From Eukaryota sp. GEM-RC1 (Eukaryota), in NCBI GenBank assembly GCA_040285855.1, contig JAUFOQ010000016.1:2356001-2420000 (forward strand): a DNA stretch of 64,000 bases. Reading direction: 5' to 3'. Positions 1-12,515 of this stretch are shown piece after piece. Each line of letters opens with the position of its first letter. The stretch's first letter is position 1. Position numbers and translations under genes: made by a program. The notes beneath the pieces were generated by a model that saw only the letters and a list, made by a program, of their open reading frames with translations, had not been told where the DNA came from and searched no databases.

Positions 1-225
1 ATACGATGAATGGGCTTGGTATCAAATTTCTCATGGGATACACACAGAAGAAGTACAAATCTGTCTGTTTAAATGATTGGATGTCATTCCTGAATTGAAT
101 CTACTCTTGTTCTTAGTTTTGTATTTCATTTGCAATTTACAAAGAACCTCAACTTTGTTTCAGTTATAAGGAGTAATGTGAAAGTGTGTGTCACATATTG
201 ATATTTTTTACCAATATATTGTACC

Positions 226-357
226 AGGTGACACTGGGTGGAACGGGTGAGTCCAGGTGACACTGGGTGACGGCGGGTGAGCAAAAGTCTGGGTGACCCC
301 AGGTGAAATTTGGAAAAGTTGGGTGAGGTGAGGTCACCGGGTGAAACGGGAACCCTA
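226..357. mobile_element. Right end of a hAT-like DNA transposon/MITE (left end not identified in the window)
   Basis: Clustered GGGTGA / CCAGGTGACACTGGGTG subterminal repeats ending in GGAACCCTA, the reverse complement of a TAGGG-type hAT terminus like other elements in this window. Confidence 0.5.
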
Positions 358-400
358 ATATATGGGCATACAAAAAACATACTAGTACATTATAGCAGAT

Positions 401-1358
401 TTATTGGAACACGTCTCCAACAAAAGAAGTTCTGTTAACCTCCAAATCAGGAAACAATCTCTGTAGTCGATGTGTTAATACATTTTCAAAGATTGCTTCA
501 GTATTCCAATGCCCTGCATCAATGATAGTTAATCCAGCATCAACTGCAGCTTGAACTGAATGATACGACACGTCACCAGTTATGAAGACGTCCACAGAAG
601 TATCCAATTGTGAAAGAACTGAACTTCCAGATCCAGTAACAATGGCAACTTTCTGAACCGTCTTGTTCAAGTCTTGAGATGTTCTTACTGGTCCAATGTG
701 TTTACCAGCTAGATGCTCCTGGAAGCCTTGCTCTAGTTTAACAAGTAGATCGGACAGTGAAGAGGCGGAAGGAAGTGACCCTATTCTGCCCATTCCATGA
801 GAAAGCTCAACTGGGGCAAAGCTTGGATTTCTAAGTAAAGAATCGGTAGGATCATAAAACAGGACAAAGGATCGCCTTGAGTCACGAGAAGTGGTTAAGC
901 AACGGCCCATGTCAACGTCAGTGAGTACATTTGTATCAATTGAACCATAGACAGGTTTCACAGCTGTCTTGGATGGTACAATGGGAGCCAAATTACAAAG
1001 ACCCAAAAGTAAAACCGAGGAAATCATTGAGGCCACCAACAGCCGAATCAGCTGGAGTATGTATAGAAATTAAGTTGATGTCATGTTTGATGAGCCGTAT
1101 AACACGATTTGAGACAGGTTTGACTGGTGTTATACTTGCAAGTGGTTGAAAGATGAGTGGATGATGAGTAATGAGCACATTTAAGCCTCCATCGATGCAT
1201 TCATCTATGACATCGTCACGACAATCAAGTGAAACAAGAACCTTTTTGATTGTAGCATTGGGATCGCCAACTTGAAGTGGGTGTTTGACATCCCAATCTT
1301 CACGCAATTCAAATGGGAAGAGAGTATCAAGGGTTTGACAAAGTTCGGAAATTAGCAT
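401..1358 (-). CDS. NIF3: NIF3-like (GTP cyclohydrolase 1 type 2/YbgI) protein, split by one frameshift near 1012
   Basis: Motifs EDWD...LQVGD, LITHHPLIF, IHTPADSAVGGLND, VAIVTGSG, DVFITGDVSYH and IDAGHWNTE across ORFs 993-1394 and 401-1039. Removing one T from GGTTTTAC joins the two ORFs. Confidence 0.88.
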
Positions 1359-2032
1359 TGATCGCTTGTTCTCCGTTTGGCTTTGAACACACACAGTTTA
1401 GGTGCATGGCCATGACTCTCTCACTCATGGTCTTAGAGCAGATCTAAAGCAAATAGTCCTAAAAGCTCTCAGTAATATTTTTTTAGGAATTATATTGAGA
1501 GTTCAGTAACTAATAGTAGTAGTCGAGGCCTTGAGACTCAAGGCAATGACACGAGAAATTTATAATAAAGTTAACTTCATCCAGACTTCAATATCAATTG
1601 GTTTGAACATCCTTTTCACGACATTTTGAAATCACATAAAACAGATACATCACTCTAATATAGCTCTTTATCGTATGATTGAGAACTCCAGTCGAAAACA
1701 TTCATTGATGACCCTGATTACACACAACATTCAGTAAAGACAAAAAGACAAGATAACTCGAGAATTGCATATAAACAACTTTGTCAGAAAAAAAGACTGG
1801 AAGAGCAACGAGTAGTATAATTACAATGTAGAAAAGTATTATTCCAAATCCATTCAAATCCTTGTCTTCTGACCACACAATACATACTGACAAAATCACT
1901 GACAAATTTTCTTGTTTTCAACCTGATGGGCCCCTACACATGAGAGAGGTATAAAGATAAACGTAGTTATAGCGCTGTGGGATGAACAGGTTTGGATACA
2001 GCCAAACCAATATCTTAGTGATTTATCTTAGT

Positions 2033-2104
2033 ATTATTTGTTTGTTTTTACAATTTCATAGTTTTGTAGGAAGGTTACTGTATCTTATTGGGTGCCGAAT
2101 AAAG
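2033..2104. repeat. Short dispersed element, copy 1 (second copy at 3504-3567)
   Basis: Shares ATTATTTGTTTGTTTTT..CATAGTTTTGTAGGAAGGTTAC..TATTGGGT.CCGAATAAA with 3504-3567. Confidence 0.75.
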
Positions 2105-2154
2105 TTTATCAAACAAATTCGTCCGATATTTTTCCAGTTCCATTAATCACCTCA

Positions 2155-3017
2155 ATGCCAACTATTGCCGTAATTGACTTTACAAATAGATTCATCAAAC
2201 TACGATCTGATAGTCAACGCTCACGTCGCCCTTCTTCACTCGGCAATAGAGATACAATTTCACAACAACTCTTGAACAGTCATGATGAAGTAGCCATTAG
2301 CACAGAAGTGACTCCAGCTTGGGTCGAATCACAAAAGGAGGTAGAAGCAGAACTTGGACAGCTTGCTTCCCTCATGTCCACACTTCAAACCGAACAATCT
2401 AAAGACTTAACTTCTTCATTTGGCAACGATAGAAAGATAAGGAATCGTATTGACGCTCTGACCACTCGTATCACTAGTTCTTTCCAACAACTTGAAAGAA
2501 AGATACGTCGCATAAGTCAAGCCCCCGCTAATTCCTCACAGGATGTCTCTATAATACGAGATAATGTTGCTAAAGATCTTGCAAAGAAACTTTCCGACCT
2601 CTCTCTTTCCTTTAGACAACAACAAAAATCCTATCTCAATACTCTAAAGTCTTTTTGACGACGAGGCCGAGATTGGAATGACCATCGACGAGGGCTTCAA
2701 TGAATCCCAGCAAGCTCAGTCATCAGTATTTCAAGAGATTGTGGATGAACACAGTGAGGAGATTGCCAAGATTAATGAAGCCTTGGTTGGCATCTCAACA
2801 ATGTTTAAAGACATGGCCACTCTAATCGTTGACCAGGGGTCTTTGGTAGACCAAATAGATTTTAATCTTGACTTGGCTGAAAGAGATGTTGAGTCGGCTG
2901 TTGGTCATTTGGAGAATGCTGCAGAGAGACAGCGGAAGAAGAAGATGAATTATTGTATATTGCTTCCAGGTAATTGTGGTGTTTACTTTGATTATTGTCT
3001 ATTTTAATAGGAATTAG
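2155..3017 (+). CDS. STX16: Syntaxin-16/Tlg2-like Qa-SNARE, with frameshifts near 2655 and 2967
   Basis: N-peptide DFTNRFIKLR, PAWV motif, helical Habc region (LSxSFRQQQKSYL) and SNARE motif (MFKDMATLIVDQGSLVDQIDFN). The C-terminal TM helix (VIVVFTLIIVYF) appears after a +1 correction. Confidence 0.85.
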
Positions 3018-3360
3018 ATTCTTTAATGAATTCTTTAAAGTTTTGTGAGTTTTTCAAATAGGAAATTTCTAATGAAGTGATTTATTGTTTTCTCAATCCA
3101 TTGTACATGTAGATCAATTACTATTTTTTGATCAAATTATGTAAACAGTTACATTGTACATATCGTAATGGCCATTTTTTAAGTATCTATGGTCTAGAAT
3201 ACACAACAATTACAGTATACCTATCACTTACACCTGTAAAGAAACCTTGCAGGGATTGGAAACACATCGACATAGTATGAAGTTGATGCTATCGACATTA
3301 CCACTCAAATGTAACAGCATACCATAATGTTTTATGCTAGTGTTTTTCTCCGCACACAAA

Positions 3361-4194
3361 TCCGTTTTTTTCTCGTCGAGGCGACTTACATGGTCTTTTT
3401 ATAAATTCTGATCAAATTATCCTTGATGGTTCTTGTGGCCCTCTAATTTACCTGATGATCTTGAATGTAAATGTGGTAAATTAGTTACTTTTTATCACCT
3501 TTTATTATTTGTTTGTTTTTCATAGTTTTGTAGGAAGGTTACAGTATTGGGTACCGAATAAAAGATTACCTTTTCAGTTGCAATCGTTTCATTACTTGTA
3601 GCACTCGTATTCATGATGTTATCAGAGGTCAAATTCATGTGATGTGTAAATCCTACAAAATCGAATCTTTCGTTGAGCCACTAATTAGATCACTTGAAAA
3701 CAATAATTTAAAATATAGTGATTCAGATAAGACTTTTGGTAACAGAACAGCTGATGTCATCGTTCCATCAGTCAATGATGAACTAATGATTGTTGATGTG
3801 ATTACTGTGGATGTTTGCAAAAAAAGTGCATTTAAGGATGCTAAAAATGAAGTGTCTCCACTTGATTTTTCACAACACTACAAGAGCAACAAATATGATG
3901 AACCATTAACTGCTCTCAAACATATTAGACATGTCGAGTACAAATTATGTCCCTTTGCAATTTCAATTTATGGTCGACTTGGTAGAGATGATCTTTGTTT
4001 TCTATCTGATTTTGAGAAAGTTGTCAAAAAAAATGAACAAGAAATTTTATTTTAAGTTTTGGTTGACTTATAATGATTACAACATTTCCTATTATGATTT
4101 CAAAAGCTGTAATAAGTCTCAGTATTTTTATGGAGAAAATGCTGATGTGAGTTTTAATGGCAATGAATGTTGCCTTAATGATATTGAGTTCTAA
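3361..4194 (+). mobile_element. Decayed 3' fragments of RLE-type non-LTR retrotransposons (zinc knuckle + restriction-like endonuclease)
   Basis: Reads WPSNLPDDLECKCGKLVTFYHLFSC...IHD...VEP...RTADV...VDVIT...PFAISIYG once the 3504-3567 insert is removed. 3370-3430 matches the RRGDLHG region of the copy at 24 kb. Confidence 0.75.
3504..3567. mobile_element. 64-bp insertion with 7-bp target-site duplication ACCTTTT
   Basis: ACCTTTT at 3497-3503 and 3568-3574. Excision restores the host reading frame (YHLFSC). Confidence 0.7.
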
Positions 4195-4897
4195 TTTTTA
4201 TGCATAACTTAATGTTTCTGTTCCATAGAAAAATCTGTATTTCACTTTATAAAGTTTAATATAAACACCTTTTACCTTCCCCTTTCACCTGTTGCGGTAT
4301 CACATGATTGCATGACAAAAATCCCGAGGCAAAAATATCCGCAGATCATCTTATATATTGCAAGATCCCCTGGAATGTAAAGCTGCATATCCCCGAACTT
4401 TGGAAAATGATCTCTTTTGTCTTTGCAATTACAACAAGTAACATTGATGCCACTTGTTACAGAAAAAGATGGTCATAAACCAGAAAAACAAGGGATTTAT
4501 AACCATTGTAAAGATTTTGGTTACCATGGAGACGAGAACACCATCAAATCCATCATTTGCCATCGTCCTTATATCCAACTTGTTCCAACAATTGAATAAT
4601 GACTCGGAGTTTGAACAAATGATCTATTTCTGTATTGTAGTCTTAGTTGTAGATTAATCTTTCTTCATAAAGGGACCAACTTTGTTGTAAGATCTGTTCC
4701 CACCCAACAATAATTCTTTCTGCTTATTTATCATCACACTCAATTCACTTATAGGAACAAACAATGCTACCTGCATCCAAATTTCAAAATTTTAAAATAT
4801 TTCACATTTTCTTTCTACAATGTCACCATTCCAGTACGTCAATTTATTATCTCTGTAGAGTACTGCAAGTATTGCAATAAGTTTATTGTAACGGGCA

Positions 4898-6435
4898 TAG
4901 AGCTGTCAAACGGTTCGGCTCAAGCCGTAAACCGAACGACTTGAGCCAAACCATATCGAAATTTGGTTCGGCTTACTCAAATGGCTCAAGCCAAAGCCGA
5001 ACCAGTTTGGATTTCTCCAAGCCAAACCATTCGGCTCAAGCCGCGGCTTGAACTTACTTCGAACAAATGAACAAGTTGACCAGGTTCATTACATACATCG
5101 ATTCACAAGACGTACAAACAAATACAAAAAGGATTAGAAAAACCGTTAGCACACTCTGTTAGTGAATAGTGACGTGGCAGTAGTTCTTCTTCCTTGTATA
5201 GATCAATAAACAAGCTTTTCTTCATTCCATTGGTGAAAGCACCAACAACTCATAATTGTGATCATTACTGATAAAATTCGTTCATATCTTCAGAATCTTC
5301 CTTATATTAATAACTCTTTTCCACAGTGAAGGAACGTCATTTCAGTGACCATAAACTGAATCTTTCAATTTACAATTACTCAAAAACTTCTTATGTACAA
5401 TACTACCAAATTACTTTCAGGCTCGCAGTACATTACAGTTCCCATGATGACTGGTTTCTGGAACAAATGCACATCAAAGATACTCACCCCTTCTGCGTCA
5501 TCACCTGAATGGCTGAAAAATGCTTGTAACGTTACATGTCTTTTGGTTAACAAGTATCATCCTTTTGTATTTTTGTGTATGATATGACAACTTTCATATC
5601 AATGTTCCTTGATCCACGTTTTGCTTGGATGAATATGGTAGCTGCTATGAGAACTGAATCATACTTTCCGACATTTAAAGCAATGTACCATTTAAAGAAA
5701 GAAGAGCATCTAAACGCTGGGTCTAACGTACAGAACATCAGCATTGACGATGACGGTGCTGTTGATAACGATGTCATTGTTGTTGAAGACGAGGGTAATG
5801 TTGATGCTCTCTTTGACGACGATGATTCCGATGAGGAAGTGTTTTTAGAATCTCTTCAAAGTCATGAGGTTATGGAGGAAGTAGATGAATTGGAAAGGTG
5901 CAAGAGTCTATATCCAATCGAAAATAAATCATGTCCGCTTATGTGGTGGAAACTGCACAATAAGGAGTATCCTACTTTGGCAGGGATGGCTAGAGATTTC
6001 CTTATCATTCCTGCTACTTCAATTCCATGCGAAAGGGTTTTTTCTGTTGCTCACATCAAGAGCAAAAAGAGATCATCACTTGCAGACGAATCTCGAACTT
6101 CGTTAATGCTCCTAAAGGATTGGCTCAATTACGGCTATGAATTAGTTGATTGTAGTGATGACGAAAACGATGAATATGCTGATTCTTTAGATTCATAAGA
6201 CCTAAATGTGCTCATCAACCTTTGTACTATAAGAACAGTAGTTTTTGATGAGTTTCTACAATAAAAACAACTATTCAAATTGATTTTTTTATTCGAACCG
6301 AAAAAATATCGGTTTGGCTCGGCTTCAAGTCGACTTGTCACTTTGGTTCGGCTTACTCAATTGGTTCAAGCCAAAGCCGAACCAGTTTGGAATTGTACAA
6401 GCCAAACCATTCGGCTCAAGCCGTTGACAGCTCTA
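4898..6435 (+). mobile_element. Internally deleted hAT DNA transposon
   Basis: TIR TAGAGCTGTCAA...TTGACAGCTCTA; 8-bp TSD AACGGGCA (4890-4897 and 6436-6443); GGCTCAAGCC/AAACCG subterminal repeats. ORF 5575-6198 carries the hAT dimerisation domain (WWKLHNKEYPTLAGMARDFLIIPATSIPCERVFS). Confidence 0.95.
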
Positions 6436-6588
6436 AACGGGCAACAATATCAATATGTTTATTGCAATATTGAAAACGTACAATATATATTGCAATATAT
6501 TTTTCGGTACACCTGCGTTAACAAATAGTGTCGAATAATCAAAATTTAATTTAATTTTATAAGAAAAAACAAATTACGACTGAAACAC

Positions 6589-8299
6589 TCAATTCTTGGA
6601 CACTGTTTGTTTCTTTGGTCGGGAACTTTCCAAAGTTACACGTAAGATTTTTTTTAGCCACAAACAATGCTTCAACTTCAAATAACTATTTAAACTATCA
6701 GTTTCCTGACCAGCCTGTTTAATGTTACGATCCATCCAACGAGGTATAAGTATCTTGGATTCATCATTAAACATGGTACCTTGAATAGTCTTTCGGGGCT
6801 GCATAGGTATTTCAAATAAGTTGCGGTAATAATCAGAGAATCCAAAATAGACACCAAGATACTGAACCAGTACGATAATTTGGCTCATTCTTTTGGCAAT
6901 AATATAGTCCTTGAGAATATCAAGATGTGCAGCTGAATTTCGACAATTTCGAAGAATATCGATGATTCGGATTCGTTTCCAATAAACTTTTCCGTAAAGC
7001 GTGTCACTGGCTCTTAATTCAAGATCAGTCCGAATTTTTTGTTTCTCCTTGAATGTGAGAGATTTCTTGTTCCGTAATTTGTCAATAATAACAAAAATGT
7101 CTTGCCGTTTTAACTTCTCAAGCAAACATATAACGTGACCTGTTGCACTTGATTGGGCATTTTCCAAAAAAAACTTCTTCTGTCCTTTGATTTTTATTGG
7201 AGATTCGGCGGATTAATACATAGTAATCTTCTAGTACTTCGCAGGTAAAGGTTTCATCTCTTAATTTTTTCACAAGGAGAAGACCATTCTGTTGAATTTG
7301 CAGCTTCTTACTGTCGTCAATTGTGACCCATTTTGTGACAATAAAAGCAGAGAATCCTTGTTGAAGAGCAACAATCCAAGTAGATGCCACAGATGCACAA
7401 AGGTTACTAACCTTTTCATTGACGAAAGACCTAGTATCGTCAGACGTTGATTCTCGTTCATATGACTTTAAAGTGGTCTGATTCAAAAGACTATACAACT
7501 GATTCTCCATTTTCTGATAATTTTTAGTAGCAAAATAGTTGAATTGCAATCGCAAATTGACTCCATTGCTAGTGGCAGTTGGAAAGGAATCAGCCGTGAT
7601 ACTATTAGGAACATCGTTATCTAACAGACCACCAATCATTCGAATTGGAAAACCATAACAGAAAATTCATAGCTAGCCAACACAGGAATGAACTGCTTTT
7701 TACCGTCGGGATTGGTGATAACATGTCGAAGAGGGAATCTGGAACGAAGAAAATGGTAAAGATAAGAGTTAGAGTCAACTGGAGCATCAAAACAACGAAT
7801 GTAAGAAACAGGATGCCAATGCAACTGATCTTCGTTACTGTTTGAAGGACTGTTAAAGTAAATAGTAAAAAAGACGGTGGATGTTCTTGTGGATGTTCTT
7901 GTCTGGGAAAACGCGTTTGGAAACGTGGGAAACGTCGTCGATTGTGTATTCGGTGGACGGGAGGGAAATGAATGCCGGGTGGTTCAGAATCAAATACTTG
8001 ATGTCATCAGTAGAAGCCTGATCTGGTATGTTTGGACAGCTTAAAACCAACAGCTCCATTAATTGATCAGATGTGGAAACAAGAAGATGCATCTCCCCAG
8101 CGATATAACAGAATATCACCACAACACAAGCGAGTGGTGGAGATGAGGAATGCTGAATTGACGTTGAAGACTGTGATGGACGCTGAATTGACGTTGAAGA
8201 TTGTGAGGAATCCTGGATTGACGTTGAAGATTGATGTGAGGGCGTCTTGCTACTGTCGTCATACTGATATATGTCCGTACCTGTTTCGAGATGTATCAA
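6589..8299 (-). CDS. Unknown protein in four frameshifted ORFs; possible Nudix-like N-terminal region and C-terminal HEPN-like RxxxxH motif; start uncertain
   Basis: Consecutive minus-strand ORFs 7853-8299, 7636-7824, 7118-7639 and 6589-7167. Three 30-bp SSQSSTSIQ-type repeats. LRNCRNSAAHLDIL near the C-terminus. Confidence 0.5.
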
Positions 8300-8934
8300 A
8301 ATCCCACATCATTTGGCATCACGCTACAATTGTATACCAACCTCCTTCCAAAGGTTCTGTTGTATCAGAAGCTACAGTTCATTGTCATCATTGTGTCCAC
8401 CAGTTCGTCACTGGAACTAATCGATTGAAACAATACTTTGTACCGGAGACGACGTAATGTTTTCTTGTTCAAAACTGTGTTCAGAACTCGTTGAATGTCT
8501 TTAAGCTGAGTTGAGAGCTCGAAAAACGCACATCCTCTTCTCATTGACCAATCTCATTCAACAACTGTTACTGTTGATCACATACTCTATACAGAAGTGT
8601 TTCAACTTTCAGGACAAACAGTGGACGTTGGTGTCTTAATAAATGGTCTTTAAATCATATTTCATTCAGTATATTATAAAATATTTACCGTTTATGGTTT
8701 TGTATCGACTTACATTGTTCGTAAGTGTGGGTAAAACAGACTTTTGATCCACAGTTGTGGTTGAATCCCACTAGCTTCACAGATTTTAAACCAATTCACA
8801 TTGTGATATGAAAAGAATGTTCATTGAATTGTATACAATACAACTTTGCAGTTGTCCAACGAAAGAGGTACTGCAAAACACTGTTATTGTATATAGAGTC
8901 TTATTCAGAAAAATTTTTGAAACAAACTCTCAAA

Positions 8935-9039
8935 GTCAAAATGCGCAAGATCACAAGACTCAAAATGCGTAAAATGCGTAAAGGCGCCAAATGCGCGCAT
9001 TTGACACATTTGGCGCATTTCTGAAAATTTATAACACTG
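8935..9039. mobile_element. Orphan hAT-like right end
   Basis: AAATGCG subterminal repeats ending in TATAACACTG (reverse complement of a CAGTGTT hAT terminus). Confidence 0.5.
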
Positions 9040-9059
9040 GTTATTCCATAACCGAATTT

Positions 9060-10086
9060 TCAAATGCCATGCGCCGATGGACTATGGGTCATGGCTTTCG
9101 GACGCATGGCGCATTGGTAATGTTTTCAATATCCAAACAAGTTACATGTAGTACGTACACATAGCATACTCAAACTTTATGGGTAATTGTTTTAACAACT
9201 TGGAATCAACTTTAATCAAGAAGAAGTGAATGCGGTTGTGGATTCTTACCAATTCTGAAATGAATAAATATAAATTTTATCGAATATCATTGGTAAATTA
9301 AAAAATAGACGCAATTATTCAGGACTTTGATTCAATTTAGACAGAATTTGATCAGGTAACATGTCACATTTCTGACATAAACGATCGCCTAACATATCAA
9401 ATTTGGCAGCCAGCATTTCCCATGGTCTTTGATAGCGTGGAGGTTCCGCTGCTTCGAGAAGATTGTAGTAGATATTACGTAAATGAACATATCGATATGT
9501 CACAGTATGTATTATTCGTTTTTAATTGCAAATTTGTTCTCATACAATTCATTTCACAATCAATTTGAATCGAGTTCTGATTTTGATGTTTCTCTTACTC
9601 CTATTACATGGAGGAAATTACATTGTACAGCAGCCTGTGTAGTCAAGAAGCTGACCATTAAGTTAATCTCACAAGTATGTTCAGCAGGAGCATGTGAAAG
9701 GGTTTGGAGTTCCTATTCTTTTATTCACTCAAACAGAAGGAACAGGCTCACAACCAAAAGAGCTAGGAAGTTAGTGTTTGTGCACTTTAATTCCAAGTTG
9801 CAAGAACAAGCTGGTCTTATGAAATAAAGATGGACAGAACACAGCGTGGACAGCGATTCTGACTATTGAGAAATTGTCAGAATAGCTCTTTATATAGGTT
9901 TAATAAATAACATTCTTTAAGTATACGTATCATAGAACTACTGTACATGCTCATGTAGTACAGTGTCATTGTTGGAATAACAACACGTGTTAACACGCCA
10001 TAACAACACGGCCATAATCAGAAAATGCCATGCGCCAATGGACGCATGGCACATATGGCAGTTATGGTCGTCATGGTACAACACTG
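9060..10086 (+). mobile_element. Decayed hAT element with transposase C-terminal remnant
   Basis: ORF 9483-9827 contains SQVCSAGACERVWSSYSFIHSNRRNRL (hAT dimerisation domain). GCCATGCGCC/GACGCATGGC motifs occur at both ends; right terminus TACAACACTG. Confidence 0.75.
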
Positions 10087-10333
10087 GTATTGTTTGCCAT
10101 ATAATATATGGCAAATATAGTATAAACAGTTTTGAGTCAAAACTTTTGACTGTATTTGTGTTTATCTTACTGTTCCATAAAATATCCAGGGTATTGCTTG
10201 ATGTCGCTACTACTACGCTGGTTTATCTAATTAGTCTCATCAGCAATTTAGTCTCAGTGAGACTAATTTTAAAATTGACCTTTGAATTTTGTCAGTGAGA
10301 CTATAATCCAAATAAACTCTGTGTATATTTCTA

Positions 10334-12515
10334 GAGACTGACTAAATTGACAACTTACCACACAACATTGTCTAAAAACTAGGGCTGTCAATTTCTCCCA
10401 TTTCTCCCAACTCCCACCCAACTCCCATCTCCCATGACCCTTGGGAGTGGGAGTGGGAGCTTCCGTTGGGAGGTGGGAACTCCCAAAATCTCCCATCTCC
10501 CATTTACAGACACAACTCTAACTTCAATTTAAAACAGAAACAAGCTAGCTAGACAAATACAGTTATAATTTTTCTAGAATATTAATAGGACTAGGTGTAT
10601 TACATTTTTACTGTCTTTGTTTTGTTTTATTTATTTTCGTTTTATAAAGAGCGTGGTTGTTTATCTGTAAATTTCAACCAATGTCATCGCTTGATTTATC
10701 TGAAGATCCTGAAAACTCTGGTCTGTTTAAACATCCTGATTTTATTGAATTTGTTTCCTCTCTTTCAGTTTCCAAAATTCCAAAAAGAACCACGATAAGA
10801 AATGATATGTTGAATGTTTATGAGTCATTTAAAGGATACTTGATAGATAAATTCAAAAATGTGTGTAATTCTTCTAAAGTATCTATTAGGATTGATAGAT
10901 GGACATCGAATACAAACAAGCATTTTAATGGGGTAACAGTTCACTGTATTGAAGACTGGAATTTAAACATTTACAATGTACGTCCACGGTTTTAAGCACC
11001 TGAAAGAAAACCACACTGCCATCAACATTGCCGATGCTGTGGAAGAAATTATTACTGAATTTGGTTTAAAATACAAAATGTGTTGTGTTTCAACAGGTAT
11101 TCACGACTATCCGCATACATTGTATGCTAAGAACTTTATGACAACACAAGCCTCATCAGTTCCAAGTGAACAGTTATTTTCTCAGGCAGGGTGTGTTGTT
11201 ACGAAGTTACGAGCTTCCTTGAGTAGTGATTCTATTGAAGTAGTCCTTTGTTTGAAATCATGGTTCAAAGGTCGGGAGATGAGAGAGTTGTTCATGAATC
11301 AGAGATAGAGTTAGTGATTGTTATGTTTATAAAGTAAAGTGTCATTGTACTAGAAGATACAAAAATGGGAGTTGGGTGGGAGTTGGGAGAATTTGTTGGG
11401 AGTGGGAGTGGGAGTGGGAGTCTCACCTATGACAAGTGGGAGGTGGGAGTGGTAGTGGGAGAACACGTGTTGGGAGTGGGAGAAACTCCCATCTCCCATT
11501 TACAGCCCTACTAAAAACACAATATAGTAACACGACAATTCTCAGTGATGTGATGCTGCTGTTCTGCTGACGTGATCGCTTATACCACAGTATGAGATCT
11601 CATTCCAAAACATCCTCTCCTCTCATACGTACGAGTCTTTACTGCCTATGAGTGACAACATCAATACTCTTACCACCATATCTCCTCCATATTCCTTCGA
11701 AGAAGAACGAGGAACTCCTGGATACCCTGCGTCAATCTAATGCAGCTACTTCAAGATCATATATGTCGATCTTTGGTTGGAGTTGTGAGCAGATTTGCTC
11801 TCCGTCATTTACTTAGGACTATGGAAGTTGTACAAGAAATGAACTATGAAGATACTGATACTGTATTAGACCAAAAGCTGTATGCTTTAGGCTTACCCAC
11901 AAGTTTAGTTGTAAAGATCCACGTTGAAGGTGGAACCAATCTAGCAGAGGACGAGGTACATCCTCAATGGCAGATAAATGGAGAAGAATCTCAGAACATA
12001 CTTAACCAAGTTCATCCTGAAGAGATACAAGAAGATGGTGTTGAAATGCAAGAAGAACTGAGTAGATTCCGGGAACTGTGAAACGCAATTCACAATCTTA
12101 CTGAGTTGCAGCAAGAAGTGTTGTTGCCTAAACTCGAGATGGTTTTGCGAGAAGTACAATCAATTCCACAAGTAGCTGACAGGGAAGAACTTCGTTAAAC
12201 CAGTGGGATCCAGAGGAAGTTTAGCTCTCAATTCGAAGTCGTCGAAAATGAGAACCTAAACACCAGAAAATGTAGTTAGAGATCACAACAAAAGAACTTG
12301 TCCTAGAAGAAACGCAGAGCCTGCCCAAAGTGTAGCTAGAGTAGAAACCTAAGATGTATTGTACTGGAAGGTAATAAACTATTTTTGATTGAGTATCATG
12401 TAGCAATCACATGATTGAGAGGTAAGAAAGAATTGTAGCACGACAAAAAATTCTCGTGCACTATATTGTGTTTTTAGCCAAAGTTGTGTGGTAAGTTGTC
12501 AATTTAGTCAGTCTC
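10334..12515 (+). mobile_element. Mutator-like (MULE) element, non-autonomous
   Basis: About 60-bp TIR starting GAGACTGACTAAATTGACAACTTACCACACAAC; TSD TATTTCTA (10326-10333 and 12516-12523). ORF 11740-12081 (LVGVVSRFAL...LGLP) resembles a MULE transposase C-terminal region. Confidence 0.8.
10380..11510 (+). mobile_element. Internally deleted hAT transposon inserted in the MULE left TIR
   Basis: TIR TAGGGCTGT...ACAGCCCTA; 8-bp TSD CTAAAAAC; GGGAGT/ACTCCC subterminal repeats. ORFs contain IDRWTS..HFNGVTVH, HTAINIADAV and QASSVPSEQLFSQAG. Confidence 0.95.

Noticed and set aside
4417..4599. HCKDFGYHGDENT as a possible integrase zinc-binding remnant
   Set aside because: Too short and degenerate, with no catalytic core nearby.
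6930..6960. RNSAAHL as evidence for a Cas13-like protein
   Set aside because: Only one short HEPN-like motif, a protein far too small, and no CRISPR array.
4855..8860. A single large TIR element carrying the HEPN-motif gene as cargo
   Set aside because: The candidate termini match only weakly and no TSD was found.
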